Positions 10,947-21,571 of a stretch of DNA of 64,000 nucleotides are shown here, piece after piece. The notes below the pieces were generated by a model. It was not told the DNA's origin. It saw only the letters and a program-made list of their open reading frames with translations, and made no database searches. The DNA lies in assembly GCA_963795855.1 (NCBI GenBank), contig CAWCIZ010000001.1, positions 192,001 to 256,000 of the forward strand, given 5' to 3'. The position numbers and the translations under genes are program-made. Origin of the DNA: Vulcanimicrobiota bacterium (GTDB taxonomy: Bacteria > Vulcanimicrobiota > Vulcanimicrobiia > Vulcanimicrobiales > Vulcanimicrobiaceae). The number at the start of each line of letters is the position of its first letter. The first letter of the stretch is position 1.

Positions 10947-11498
10947 CTATTCGTGCACGCGCAGCAGCGCTCCCGGATCGTCCACGTCGAAATACGCGCC
11001 TTCCTCGGCAACCTCGACCGCCACCCGGGAAAGGCGCGGATCGTCGCGCAGGGCCTGCAGCGAGTCGCCCCGGCACTCAGGTATGCCGCTTCGCGCTCGC
11101 GCCGAAAAGTACACCGGATGCCCACCGACGCCGTCTCGCACGGGAAAGCAAACGTCTGCGCCGCTTCGCAGCGCCGTGTCGATTATCGTCTGCGCCAGGG
11201 ATGCGGTCACCAGCGGTTTGTCTCCCAAAAAGACCAAGATCGCGCGATCGGCCGAAATTTCGGCATGCGCCAATACCAACGAGTATGCCATGCCCAGTTC
11301 CGGACGAGAGTTTACGACGACGTGGGCTGCGTTGCCGCCCAACTCCTTTGCAAGATCCGGCGACGCCACGACCACCGTCGGCAGATTCGCGCACGCGTCG
11401 AGCACGCAATCGATCATCCGGCGGCCGCGTACCGGAAGCAGCAGTTTTTGCACGCCCATTCGCGACGCGATGCCGGCAGCCAAAACGACGGCGGTCAC
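10947..11498 (-). CDS. MocA-like molybdenum cofactor cytidylyltransferase (NTP transferase)
   Basis: VVLAAGIASRMGVQKLLL, LGDKP, GHPV, DVDDP; GTG start overlaps the xdhC stop. Confidence 0.85.
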   Translation of the reverse strand: MTAVVLAAGIASRMGVQKLLLPVRGRRMIDCVLDACANLPTVVVASPDLAKELGGNAAHVVVNSRPELGMAYSLVLAHAEISADRAILVFLGDKPLVTASLAQTIIDTALRSGADVCFPVRDGVGGHPVYFSARARSGIPECRGDSLQALRDDPRLSRVAVEVAEEGAYFDVDDPGALLRVHE

Positions 11499-12586
11499 GG
11501 ACTGCGCCCGCGCAGCGGACCGCTGCCGTGTTTCAGCAATCCGCCCGAGCGTCCGTTGCGCAGCGCGAGAAGCTCGGAGGCAATGGAAACGGCGATTTCT
11601 TCGGGCGTGCGCGCGCCGACGTCGAGCCCGGCCGGTGCGCTCAGCCGCTGCAGCTGATCCTCGGCGACGCCAAGTTCGCGCAGCTGCGTCATGCGCCGTT
11701 CGTTGGTGCGGCGGCTGCCCATCACGCCGATATAGCACGCAGGCGTGGCGAGCGCGGCGCGAATCAGCGGCAGGTCGAATTTTTCGTCGTGCGTCATCGC
11801 GATTACGGCGCTGTGCTCGTCGATCGCTTCGCGCGCGAGCAACTCGTCCGGCCACGAAACCTCGATGCGATCCGCGTCCGGAAAGCGTGCGCGCGTCGCG
11901 AACGCGGCACGCGCGTCGCAAAGGATCGTTTCGTAGCCCAAGAGCTTCGCGACGCGCAACATCGGCGCGGCAAAGTCGACAGCACCGAACACGTACATCC
12001 GGGGCGGCGACACGAGCCGCTGCATGAAGATGCGAATGTCGCCGTGCGGCTCGCCTTCCTCACCAAACGAGCGGAGCACCGCAGACCGGCCTGCTCCGAC
12101 CATTCGCAGTTCGACCGCCACGGCTTCGTCGAGATCCGCGTTCCCGAGCGTCCCAATCGCGCCGTTTTCGAACGCGGCAAGCCTCGCACCGAGCCCCGCC
12201 TTATCCAAGCGGACCGCTACGCCTCCGGCGCGAGCGTCGAGCGTTTCTGCCAGTCGCCGCACGAGTTCGGGCTCGGGCTCGTCCAGAAGTATCTCGAGCG
12301 TGCCGCCGCAACTCAAACCGACCGACTGCGCCTGGCTATCGCTGATGCCGTAGGTCACGGCACGCGCCCGTCCTTGCGCGAGCGCTTGCGCTGCCTGCGT
12401 GACGAGCGCCGCTTCGATGCAGCCGCCGGTGAGGGCGCCGCAGAGTTCGCCGTCCTGCGCGATTAACATCGCGGACCCGGGGTCGCGCGGCGCCGAGCCT
12501 TCCACCGAAATGATGGTAGCGACGCATACTCGCCGGCCGCGGCTTTGCCAGGCCTCCAGCGTGCGCAGATGTTCGAACACGCGCAT
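11495..12586 (-). CDS. XdhC/CoxI xanthine dehydrogenase maturation factor
   Basis: GSAPRDPG, GGCIE, GLSCGG, MTHD, YIGVMGSR, PAGLDVGARTPEEIAVSI. Confidence 0.92.
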   Translation of the reverse strand: MRVFEHLRTLEAWQSRGRRVCVATIISVEGSAPRDPGSAMLIAQDGELCGALTGGCIEAALVTQAAQALAQGRARAVTYGISDSQAQSVGLSCGGTLEILLDEPEPELVRRLAETLDARAGGVAVRLDKAGLGARLAAFENGAIGTLGNADLDEAVAVELRMVGAGRSAVLRSFGEEGEPHGDIRIFMQRLVSPPRMYVFGAVDFAAPMLRVAKLLGYETILCDARAAFATRARFPDADRIEVSWPDELLAREAIDEHSAVIAMTHDEKFDLPLIRAALATPACYIGVMGSRRTNERRMTQLRELGVAEDQLQRLSAPAGLDVGARTPEEIAVSIASELLALRNGRSGGLLKHGSGPLRGRSP

Positions 12587-12618
12587 GGCTTCAACGGCGC
12601 AGCGGGGAAATCCATGGT

Positions 12619-14016
12619 ATGTGGGAGCGCCTGTACCAGCCGCGCTCGGTCGCGGCCGCAGTCGAGCTGCTGGCGCGTTTCGGCGCGCAGGCGCGGATCG
12701 TCGCGGGCGGCACCGACGTCCTGGTCGAATTGCAGCGCGGCGTCAAACCGGCGGCGACGTTGATCGACGTCAGCGCCCTGGCCGAGCTGCGTTACGTCCG
12801 CGGCGATGACGGCTTCATCGCAATAGGCGGGCTTGCCACCCACAACGACGTGTTGGCTTCCGGCCTCTGCCGCGGGCGGGCGTTGCCGCTCGTTCAGGCT
12901 TGTATGGAAGTGGGCGCTCCGCAAATTCGGACGCGCGCGACGGTTGCGGGCAACCTCATCACCGCTTCGCCTGCGAACGATACGATCGTGGCGCTCGTGG
13001 CGATGGGCGCGGAACTCGTGCTCGCGAGCGCGCGCGGTGAGCGGCGCATTGCGATCGAAGATTTTTTTACCGGCTTCCGCGCCACGGCGATGCGGCCCGA
13101 CGAGTTGCTGCGCGAGATCCGCGTACGTCCGCTCGGCGCATCGCAACGCGGCGTTTTCCTCAAACTCGGACTGCGCCGCGCGCAGGCCATTTCGGTCATC
13201 AGTCTCGCGGCAATCGCCGACGTCCACGCCGAACGCGCCGAAGCCGTTCGCATTGCGCTCGGATGTCTCGCTCCCACCGTCGTGCGCGCGACGAATACGG
13301 AGGCGCTGCTGAACGGCGCGCAGCTCGACGAAGCAACGATAGCGCAGGCATGCCGCCGCATCGCGGATGACGTTTCGCCGATCGACGACGTGCGAGGTTC
13401 GGCCGCGTACCGGCACGTTGCGCTTTCCGCGCTGCTGGAACGCGCGCTGCAGCGGATTGCGGCGGATCGATGCGCGGACGGTATACCGGAAAGTCACGTG
13501 CTTCTCGACACGGGCGATGAAGAGCCGCTCGACGTGTCCGAGTTCGACGGCACGGTCGTCGCGCGCATCAACGGCAGCCGCACCGAATTGCGCGACGTGC
13601 AAACCGAGACGCTGCTGAACGCGCTTCGCGACGGCGCGGGCTTGACCGGCGCGAAAGAGGGTTGCGCGGAAGGCGAATGCGGAGCGTGTACGGTTTGGCT
13701 CGACGGCAAGGCGGTCATGTCGTGTCTGGTTCCCGCGGCGCAGGCGCACGGCCGAAACGTCGTGACGATCGAAGGCCTCGCCGATAGCGAAGAACTGCAT
13801 CCCCTGCAGCAAGCGTTCGTGGACTGCGGCGCAGTGCAATGCGGCTTTTGCATTCCCGGCATGCTGATGGCCGGCGCAAAAGTGCTCGACGAACGTCCGA
13901 ACGCGCAACTGGATCAAATACAGAGCGCGATCAGCGGAAATCTGTGCCGCTGCACGGGCTATCGCAAAATTCTGGACGCGATGCAATCCTGCACGCGCGC
14001 GGAGGTTTCGGCGTGA
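12619..14016 (+). CDS. Xanthine dehydrogenase-family FAD subunit fused to a C-terminal 2x[2Fe-2S] subunit
   Basis: AGGTD, QIRTRATVAGN, ASPAND (FAD); GAKEGCAEGECGAC, QCGFC, GNLCRCTGY (FeS). Confidence 0.9.
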   Translation: MWERLYQPRSVAAAVELLARFGAQARIVAGGTDVLVELQRGVKPAATLIDVSALAELRYVRGDDGFIAIGGLATHNDVLASGLCRGRALPLVQACMEVGAPQIRTRATVAGNLITASPANDTIVALVAMGAELVLASARGERRIAIEDFFTGFRATAMRPDELLREIRVRPLGASQRGVFLKLGLRRAQAISVISLAAIADVHAERAEAVRIALGCLAPTVVRATNTEALLNGAQLDEATIAQACRRIADDVSPIDDVRGSAAYRHVALSALLERALQRIAADRCADGIPESHVLLDTGDEEPLDVSEFDGTVVARINGSRTELRDVQTETLLNALRDGAGLTGAKEGCAEGECGACTVWLDGKAVMSCLVPAAQAHGRNVVTIEGLADSEELHPLQQAFVDCGAVQCGFCIPGMLMAGAKVLDERPNAQLDQIQSAISGNLCRCTGYRKILDAMQSCTRAEVSA

Positions 14017-16188
14017 CGCTCATCGGCAAAGCGGTCCCGCGTCCCGACGCGCTCGAGAAAGTAACGGGCGCGGCGCGCTATCCCGCCGATCTCGTTCGGC
14101 CCGAGATGCTGCAACTCAAGGCGGTGTTCGCGAACCGGCCCAGCGCGCGCATCGTTTCAATCGACGTCAGCGCGGCGCTTGCGCATCCGGGCGTCGTTGC
14201 CGTTTTTACCGCCGCGGACGTTCCGTACAACCGCTACGGTCTGATTGAAGAAGATCAGCCGCTGCTGTGCGAGGACGTGGTTCGTCACAGCGGCGATCGC
14301 GTCGCGCTAGTCGCAGCGCAGACGCGAGCCGCAGCCGAACGTGCGGCCGAACTCGTCAAAGTGACGTACGAAGATTTGCCGGCGGTCTGCGACGCGCGCG
14401 CGGCGATGGCGGCCGATGCGCCTCTCGTTCACGCCGATCGCGGAAGCAACGTGCTCGAGCACGTTCGCATTCGCAAGGGCGACGTGCAGGCCGGCTTTGC
14501 CGCAGCGGACGTGGTGCTCGAAGAAACGTTCGAAACGTCGTGGCAGGAGCACGCGTACTTGCAGCCGGACGCCGGCGTCGCTTACTACGAAGACGGAAAG
14601 CTCGTCGTCGAGACCGCAGGTCAGTGGCTGCACGAAGATCGCCGGCAAATCGCAAAAATGCTGCAGCTCTCCGAGGACGACGTCGTCGTGCGTTACGCCA
14701 ACATCGGCGGGGCGTTCGGCGGCCGTGAGGATTTGAACGTCCAGCCGCTGCTCGCGCTCGCGACGTGGAAGTTGCAGCGGCCGGCGGCAATCGTCTGGAG
14801 CCGCGAAGAATCGATCGTCGGCCATCACAAACGCCATCCGTACTTCATCCGCTCGAAGTGGGGCGCGCGCAAGGACGGCCGAATCGTCGCAATAGAAACG
14901 GAACTGCTCGCCGACGGCGGCGCGTACGCCTCGACCAGCGCGGAAGTACTCAAAGGTTCGACGCTTTTCGCGAGCGGTTGTTACGACGTCGAAAACATCG
15001 CCACCGACGGATACGTCGTCTACACGAACAACGTGCCCTCCGGCGCGTTTCGCGGGTTCGGTTCGCCGCAAGCGCAATTCGCCGCGGAGTCGATGGTCAC
15101 GCGCCTCGCGCACGCGCTCGACGTCGATCCGGTCGAGCTGCGGCTGCGAAACGTCTATCACGAGGGCAGCCTCGAACCGACGCAGCATCCGTTGCCGCCC
15201 GGCGTGAGTGCGACGGCGGTGCTGCAGCGCTGCGAACGCGAAGCGCGCACGCGTCTGGGATACGGCATGCCGAATCTGCGCGAGAGCGATCCGCACCTGA
15301 AACGCGGAGTCGGCATAGCATCCGGCATCAAGAACGTCGGCTACTCCTTCGGTTTTCCCGAACAAGCGACCGCGACCGTCGAACTATACGGCAGAAGTTC
15401 GATAGAACGCGTCGTGCTGCGCGTCGGCGCGGCGGAATGCGGTCAAGGCGCGCACGTGGTGCTGCGGCAGATTTGCGCGCAAACGCTGGGCGTGGCCATG
15501 GAGTGCATCGAACTAATCGCCGCGGACAGCGCGCAATCTCCGAACGCCGGGAGCGCGTCCGCATCTCGTATGACGCTGATGGGCGGCCGCGCAGTGAAGG
15601 ACGCGGCGGAGGCCGCGCTTCGCAAGTTTCCCGGACCCGCGCGCGCACGCGACGGTGCAGTATCGTCCGCCGCGCACCACTCCGCTCGAACCGCAAACGG
15701 GGCGCGGCGTTCCGAATTATTGCTACGGCTACGTCTCTCAGGGCGTCGAGGTGGAAGTCGATATCGCCACGGGTCTGGTACGCGTGCTGACGATCGTGAG
15801 CGTGCACGACGTTGGACGCGCGATCAACGTTCAGCAGGTCGAAGCGCAAATCGAGGGATGCTTGGCGCAGGCCGTCGGGTACACGCTGACCGAGAATCTC
15901 CAAGTGCGCGGCGGAAAAATTCTCACGCCGTATTTGAGCACGTATCTGCTCCCGACGACGCTGGACATGCCGGTGAACGTGATCCCCGTCATCTTGGAAT
16001 CGGCCGATCCGAACGGTCCGTTCGGCGCGCGGGGCATGGCGGAAATGCCGCTGGTGCCGTTCGCGGCCGCGGTTGCAAGCGCCGTTCATGCGGCGACGGG
16101 CGCATGGGTCACGCAGCTGCCGATGACGCCCGAACGCGTCCTGCGCGCGATCGATCAGGCGAACAAACCGCGCGAAATCTCGTTGTGA
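14013..16188 (+). CDS. Xanthine dehydrogenase-family molybdopterin subunit; frameshift near 15640
   Basis: KVTGAARY, QEHAYLQ, GGAFGGR, AFRGFGSPQ, GQG, SASASR, GPFGARGMAE. Confidence 0.9.
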
Positions 16189-17507
16189 CGGCGCACGTGC
16201 GCCGCCCGATCGAAATCGACGATTTCGCCCCGGCGCACGCGAATGCGGCCGTTGACCAGAACCAAATCCGCGTTGCCCGGCCTGCAAAACACGAGCGCTG
16301 CAAGTGCGTCGTGCACCGCGCCGCCCGCGAATTCAAGCGCGTCGGCGCGCCAAGCGGCGATGTCCGCGGCCATGCCGGGGGCTATCGCGCCCACGTCGTC
16401 GCGTCCTAAAGCGGAAGCACCGCCGCGAGTCGCGGCATGCAGCACGTCGCGCGCCGATACCGCGCCGGCGCCTGAAACGACGCGCTGAAGCAGCAGCGCA
16501 TGTCTTGCTTCGTCCAGCATATGCGATCCGTCGTTCGAAGCCGATCCGTCCACGCCGAGGCCGACGCGCATGCCGGATGCGATCTGGCGGCGCAGCGGCG
16601 CGATTCCGGAACCGAGCCGCATGTTCGACGTCGCGCAATGCGCGGCGCCGGTTCCCGACGCGCCCAGACGCTCGCACTCTGCTGCCGTAACGTGCACCAC
16701 GTGCGCGTGCCACACGTTCGGACCAATCCATTCCAACCGCTCCGCCAACTCGATCGGGCGGCAGCCGAAGTGCTGCAGGCAATACCGCTCTTCATCGGCG
16801 GTTTCCGCCAGATGCGTATGCGCGTGAATGCCGCGCCGGCGCGCGAACGCAATGCTTTCGCGCATCAGATCCGCGCTGACCGAAAACGGCGAACACGGCG
16901 CGACGACGACGCGCGTCATCGCGTAGCGCGATGCATCGTGATATGCATCCACGACGCGCTCGCAATCCGCGAGAATCGCCTCTTCGTCTTCGACGAGATC
17001 GTCGGGCGGCAGACCGCCGCGCGATACGCCCAGCGACATCGAACCGCGCGCGGCGTGGAAACGTATTCCCATGTCGCGCGCGACCTCGATTTGATCGTCC
17101 AGGCGGCAGCCGTTCGGCCACAGATACATGTGATCGGACGTCGTGGTGCATCCCGATAGCAGCAACTCGGCAATCGCGGTTGCGCTCGCCACTCGCAGCG
17201 CCTCCGGCGTGATGCGCGCCCAAACCGGATAGAGCCGCCGCAGCCAATCGAAAAGTTCCGCGTCTTGCGCGCCCGGGACGGCGCGGGTGAGCGTTTGATA
17301 AAAATGATGGTGCGTGTTGACCAGGCCCGGAACGAGCACCAAATTCGCGCAGTCGATTTCCTCATCGGCGCGCGGCACGGCCGTTCCATTTTCGACGACG
17401 TCCGCGATGACGTTGTCGCGAACGAAAACCGACGCACCGGAAAGCTCGCGGTTCTTTTCATCGAACGTCGCCACGAGCGCGGCATTGCGAAGCAGTATCG
17501 TGCCCAT
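16155..17507 (-). CDS. 8-oxoguanine deaminase-type amidohydrolase (AtzB-like)
   Basis: PGLVNTHHHFYQTLTR, APCSPFS, HTHLAET, GLGVDGSASND. Confidence 0.88.
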   Translation of the reverse strand: MGTILLRNAALVATFDEKNRELSGASVFVRDNVIADVVENGTAVPRADEEIDCANLVLVPGLVNTHHHFYQTLTRAVPGAQDAELFDWLRRLYPVWARITPEALRVASATAIAELLLSGCTTTSDHMYLWPNGCRLDDQIEVARDMGIRFHAARGSMSLGVSRGGLPPDDLVEDEEAILADCERVVDAYHDASRYAMTRVVVAPCSPFSVSADLMRESIAFARRRGIHAHTHLAETADEERYCLQHFGCRPIELAERLEWIGPNVWHAHVVHVTAAECERLGASGTGAAHCATSNMRLGSGIAPLRRQIASGMRVGLGVDGSASNDGSHMLDEARHALLLQRVVSGAGAVSARDVLHAATRGGASALGRDDVGAIAPGMAADIAAWRADALEFAGGAVHDALAALVFCRPGNADLVLVNGRIRVRRGEIVDFDRAAHVRRHNEISRGLFA

Positions 17508-17549
17508 TCGTGAGCGGGTACGAGCCGGAACGGCGTCTAACCTCGCGGC

Positions 17550-18469
17550 GTGAGCGTGTACGAGCATCCGCGCGATTTCGTCGGCTACGGTGCGGCCCCG
17601 CCGAACCCGCGCTGGCCGGGCGGCGCGCGGCTCGCGCTGCAGATCGTGATGAATTACGAGGAAGGCTCGGAGTATTCGATCCCGGACGGCGACGGCGTTT
17701 CCGAAACGTATCTCACGGAGGTTCCCGGCGCGGGCCTCGGGCCGGGCAAACGCGATCTGATCGTCGAGTCGATCTACGAATATGGAAGCCGCGCCGGATT
17801 TTGGCGGCTCATGCGGTTATTCGCCGAGCGCGAGATGCGCGTCACCGTTTTCGCCGCGGCGCTCGCACTCGAGCGCAATCCCGCCGCGGCTGCGGCCATT
17901 CGCGACGCCGGACATGAGGTTTGTTCGCACGGCTGGCGTTGGGTCGGCTTTCAGGACATGAGCGAAGAGCGGGAGCGCGACGAGATGCGGCGCGCGATTG
18001 CGTCGATCGCAAGTACGATCGGCGAACGCCCCTACGGATGGTATTGCCGCTACGCGCCCAGCGTTCGAACGCGGCGGCTCGTCGTCGAAGAGGGCGGCTT
18101 CTTATACGATTCCGATGCTTACAACGACGACTTGCCGTACTGGGTCGACGTCGGCGGCAAACGGCACCTGGTTATTCCGTACACGCTCGACGTCAACGAC
18201 ATGAAGTTTTCGGTCGCCCCCGGATTCTCGGCTCCGTCCGGTTTTTACGAATATCTGCGCGACGCGTTCGACGTGCTGTATCGCGAAGGAAAAACGCATC
18301 CGAAGATGCTCTCCGTCGGGCTGCACGCGCGTCTGGCCGGAAGACCGGGACGCGCGGGCGCGCTCGAGCGTTTTCTCGACTACGTCAGGCAGTTCGACGA
18401 CGTTTGGATCTGCCGCCGCATCGACATCGCGCAAGCCACTGGATCGCCACGCATCCCGCCGATGTTTAG
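17550..18469 (+). CDS. puuE: Allantoinase PuuE (polysaccharide deacetylase fold); indel near 18433
   Basis: RDFVGYG, NYEEGSE, ESIYEYGSRAGFWR, SHGWRW, PYTLDVNDMKF, SVGLHAR; the natural end HWIATHP lies in a shifted frame. Confidence 0.9.
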
Positions 18470-19682
18470 CAACGTCGCCGCGCGGCTGGCGCAGCTCGCC
18501 GAGATCGGCAAACACGCCGGCGGCATCGATCGTGCTCCGGCGACACCCGCGGAACGCCGCGCGCGCGAGCTCTTCGTGCAGTGGGCGCGCGAGGGCCGGC
18601 GCGAAGTGCGGCAAGATCGCGTCGGCAACGTGTTCGCTAAACGGGGCGGCACGCGCGACGGTGCAGCGCCGATCCTCACCGGTTCGCACTTGGATACCGT
18701 GCCTACCGGCGGTGCGTACGACGGCGCGTATGGCGTGGCCGGCGCGCTCGGCGCGCTGCAATTGCTCGACGAACGCCGCATCGAGACGGCGCATCCGGTG
18801 GAAGCCGTTGCATGGACGGGAGAAGAGGGCAGCCGTTTTCCGCTCGGGTGTTTGGGAAGTTCCGCGTTTTGCGGCGTGCGATCGATCGATGACGTGCTCT
18901 CGTTGCGCGACGAGCAAGGCATTTCGCTGCGCGACGCGCTCGCTGACGACGCGCATGGATTGCTTCCGCGCGTGCCGATGCGCGAAGCGGACGGCATCGC
19001 GGCGTATTTGGAATTGCACGTCGAGCAAGGCCCCGTGCTCGAACGCGAAGGCGTCCCGCTCGGCGTCGTCACGGCAATCGCCGGTCAGCGCCGGTACCGC
19101 ATCACCGTCGACGGCGGGAGCGGACACGCCGGTACCGTGCCGATGGATTTGCGCGCAGATGCGCTTTGCGCCGCTGCGGAATTGATTCTGCAGGCCGAAT
19201 CGTCGGCGCGCAGCACAAAGGCGTTCGCGACCGTCGGCCGTTTGAGCGTCGAGCCGGGCGGAACGAACGTCATTCCGGCGCGAGCGCGGTTTTCTCTCGA
19301 CGTGCGCGGCACGTCGGACGAAACGATCGACGCGATCGAGACCGCGGTGCGCGAGAAGGCCCGTGCAGTGGAACGGGCGCGCGCGGTTCACGTGACCATC
19401 GAGCGCCTCGAAGCACGCGCGCCCGCACTGATGGACGAACGCGTGCGCGCAGCGGTTCATCGAGGCATCGCTTCGCTGGGCGAACGCGCCGTCGACATTC
19501 CGAGCGGTGCCGGTCACGACGCGATGTGTCTGGCGCAGATTGCGCCGGCCGCGATGATTTTCGTGCCGAGCGCGGGCGGCCGCAGTCACGTGCGCCAGGA
19601 GTACACTGCCGACGCCGATCTCAATCGCGGCGTCGAAGCGCTGGCCGCCGCCATCGTCGAGGTCGACGCGGCGATCGCCTAG
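18462..19682 (+). CDS. M20 Zn-dependent hydrolase (allantoate amidohydrolase/N-carbamoylase)
   Basis: GSHLDTVPTGGAYDG, EEGSRF, ELHVEQGP, HAGT, SGAGHDA; ATG overlaps the puuE end. Confidence 0.88.
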   Translation: MFSNVAARLAQLAEIGKHAGGIDRAPATPAERRARELFVQWAREGRREVRQDRVGNVFAKRGGTRDGAAPILTGSHLDTVPTGGAYDGAYGVAGALGALQLLDERRIETAHPVEAVAWTGEEGSRFPLGCLGSSAFCGVRSIDDVLSLRDEQGISLRDALADDAHGLLPRVPMREADGIAAYLELHVEQGPVLEREGVPLGVVTAIAGQRRYRITVDGGSGHAGTVPMDLRADALCAAAELILQAESSARSTKAFATVGRLSVEPGGTNVIPARARFSLDVRGTSDETIDAIETAVREKARAVERARAVHVTIERLEARAPALMDERVRAAVHRGIASLGERAVDIPSGAGHDAMCLAQIAPAAMIFVPSAGGRSHVRQEYTADADLNRGVEALAAAIVEVDAAIA

Positions 19683-19683
19683 A

Positions 19684-20073
19684 ATGCACGCGCCGATGCG
19701 ATTTTTCATCTGCGGTTCGGCATTGCGCGGACAGCCCGACCACAAAAATCTTGGTGACGCGACGTTCTTGGGCGAGGCTCGCACGGCGCCGCGATATCGG
19801 CTGCATTCGGTTCGCGACGAACATCCGGGAATCTATGAAGTGGATGATGGCGGAATTTCCATTGCCGGCGAACTGTACGAATTCACCGAAGAGCAGCACG
19901 GCCATCTGCTCGAGACCGAACCGCCGGACTTGTACGAAGCGCCGATCCTGCTCGACGACGGCTCCAGCGTCAACGCCATGGTGTATCCGCGCGAACTAAT
20001 CGAAGAGCGCGGCTATCGCGATATTTCGCAATTCGGCGGCTGGGCTGCGTTCAAACGTCAGCTTCCGCGATAG
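19684..20073 (+). CDS. Gamma-glutamylcyclotransferase-fold protein resembling the allophanate hydrolase C-terminal domain
   Basis: FFICGSALRG, TAPRYRL, IAGELYE, EPPDL, DISQFGGWAAF. Confidence 0.75.
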   Translation: MHAPMRFFICGSALRGQPDHKNLGDATFLGEARTAPRYRLHSVRDEHPGIYEVDDGGISIAGELYEFTEEQHGHLLETEPPDLYEAPILLDDGSSVNAMVYPRELIEERGYRDISQFGGWAAFKRQLPR

Positions 20074-20387
20074 GTCGAGTATCCCCACGGCGAGAGCAGC
20101 AGCGGCACGTGATGGTGCCGCTCCTCCGCGACGCGAAACCTGATCGGAATCCGGTCGTAAAACGTTTGCGTTCCCGCGGCTTCGAAATACGCGCCCGCGT
20201 TGAACTCCAGTTCGTATTCTCCGGCGGGTAAATCACCGCCGAACGGCGCGGGGATGCGGCCGTCGCCATCGGTGGTACTGCGCGCCAATTCATCGCGTCC
20301 TCGCTCCGTAAACTTGTACAGCGCGACCTCGAGATTCGCGGCCGGGACGCCGCGCGAGAGATCCAGCACGTGGGTCGACACCGTCAT
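20058..20387 (-). CDS. uraH: 5-hydroxyisourate hydrolase
   Basis: STHVLD...DGR...HVPLLLSPWGYSTYRGS C-terminal signature. Confidence 0.96.
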   Translation of the reverse strand: MTVSTHVLDLSRGVPAANLEVALYKFTERGRDELARSTTDGDGRIPAPFGGDLPAGEYELEFNAGAYFEAAGTQTFYDRIPIRFRVAEERHHHVPLLLSPWGYSTYRGS

Positions 20388-21571
20388 GGTTTGGCTCCTT
20401 GCGAAATCCAAGCGCCGACGAGCGATCGTTCTTCCGGCGTCATGTGCGTCGCGTTTCCGAGCGGCATCGCGTGCGATGCGACGGCCTGCGCGTAAACGCG
20501 CTGCGCGTTCAGTGCGATGTCGTGCGCGTCATCGAGCAGTACGCCTGCAGGCGGCGCGCTAAACCCGGGCTGCGCCGGATGGGGTGAATGGCACACCGCG
20601 CAGCGCTGCTGAAAGATCGGAGCGACGCGCGCGAACGAAACGTTTCCGGCCGGCGCGCTCGGCGTCTGCGGCAGCGCGACGATCGCAGCGGCGGCAACGA
20701 TTAATGCGGCGCCCGCGGGCAATGCGACGACGAGCCGGTGTTTGTGCGAGAGAATGAAAAAGTACCGCACGGCGACGCCGGCGCAGCCGAGCAGCACGAG
20801 CACCAGCCAGCCGTAGCCGTTCGCGTACGTCATCGGATAATGGTTGCTGATCATCGTGAAGAGCACGGGAAGCGTGAGATACGTGTTGTGGACCGAACGG
20901 ATCTTGCCCAAGCGTCCCGGACGGGGATCGGGGCTGCGCCCATCCCGAATTTGCGCGAGCATCTTTCGCTGTCCCGGAATGATGACGAAAAATACGTTCG
21001 CGACCATGATGGTTCCGATAATCGCACCGACGTGAATGTACGCAGCGCGGCCGCTGAAGACGTGCTGCAACCCGAACGCCGATGCGGCAAGCAGGACGAA
21101 AATCAGGATGCTGAGTAGCCGCGGACGCGATTCCAAAACGCGGCAGAGCACGTCGTAAACGACCCAGCCTGCGACGAGCGTTCCGAGACTGATCAGAATT
21201 GCTTGCGCGGGCGTGAGGCGCAGCACCGCCGGGTCGATGAGAAACGTGCTCGCGTTCGCATAATACACCAGTGCGAGCATGGCGAGCCCCGAAAGCCACG
21301 TGCTGTACGCTTCCCATTTGAACCAGTGCAGGTTTTCCGGCAGCGGCCGGTCGGTGGGGCCGGTTGGATATTTCTGGTTGTGATAAAATCCGCCGCCGTG
21401 CACCGCCCACAATTCGCCGAGGATGCCGCGTGAGCGTTCGGCGTCACGCGGCGGGTCGAGGCTGTCGTCCAACCAGATGAAATAAAATGACGCGCCGATC
21501 CACGATATTCCGGCGACGAAGTGAAACCAGCGCGCGAGCAAACTGAGCCACTCGAGCACGTACGCGCTCAT
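20384..21571 (-). CDS. puuD: Membrane urate hydroxylase PuuD with cytochrome c domain
   Basis: RWFHFVAGISWIGASFYF, VHGGGFY, WFKWEAY, RSVHNTY, SNHYP, CAVCH, MPLGN. Confidence 0.93.
   Translation of the reverse strand: MSAYVLEWLSLLARWFHFVAGISWIGASFYFIWLDDSLDPPRDAERSRGILGELWAVHGGGFYHNQKYPTGPTDRPLPENLHWFKWEAYSTWLSGLAMLALVYYANASTFLIDPAVLRLTPAQAILISLGTLVAGWVVYDVLCRVLESRPRLLSILIFVLLAASAFGLQHVFSGRAAYIHVGAIIGTIMVANVFFVIIPGQRKMLAQIRDGRSPDPRPGRLGKIRSVHNTYLTLPVLFTMISNHYPMTYANGYGWLVLVLLGCAGVAVRYFFILSHKHRLVVALPAGAALIVAAAAIVALPQTPSAPAGNVSFARVAPIFQQRCAVCHSPHPAQPGFSAPPAGVLLDDAHDIALNAQRVYAQAVASHAMPLGNATHMTPEERSLVGAWISQGAKP

Noticed and set aside
17550..19682. 710-aa PuuE-allantoate amidohydrolase fusion in the ORF track
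   Set aside because: The natural PuuE end (HWIATHPADV*) lies in a shifted frame ending at 18469, and the second gene has its own ATG at 18462. The fusion is an indel artefact.
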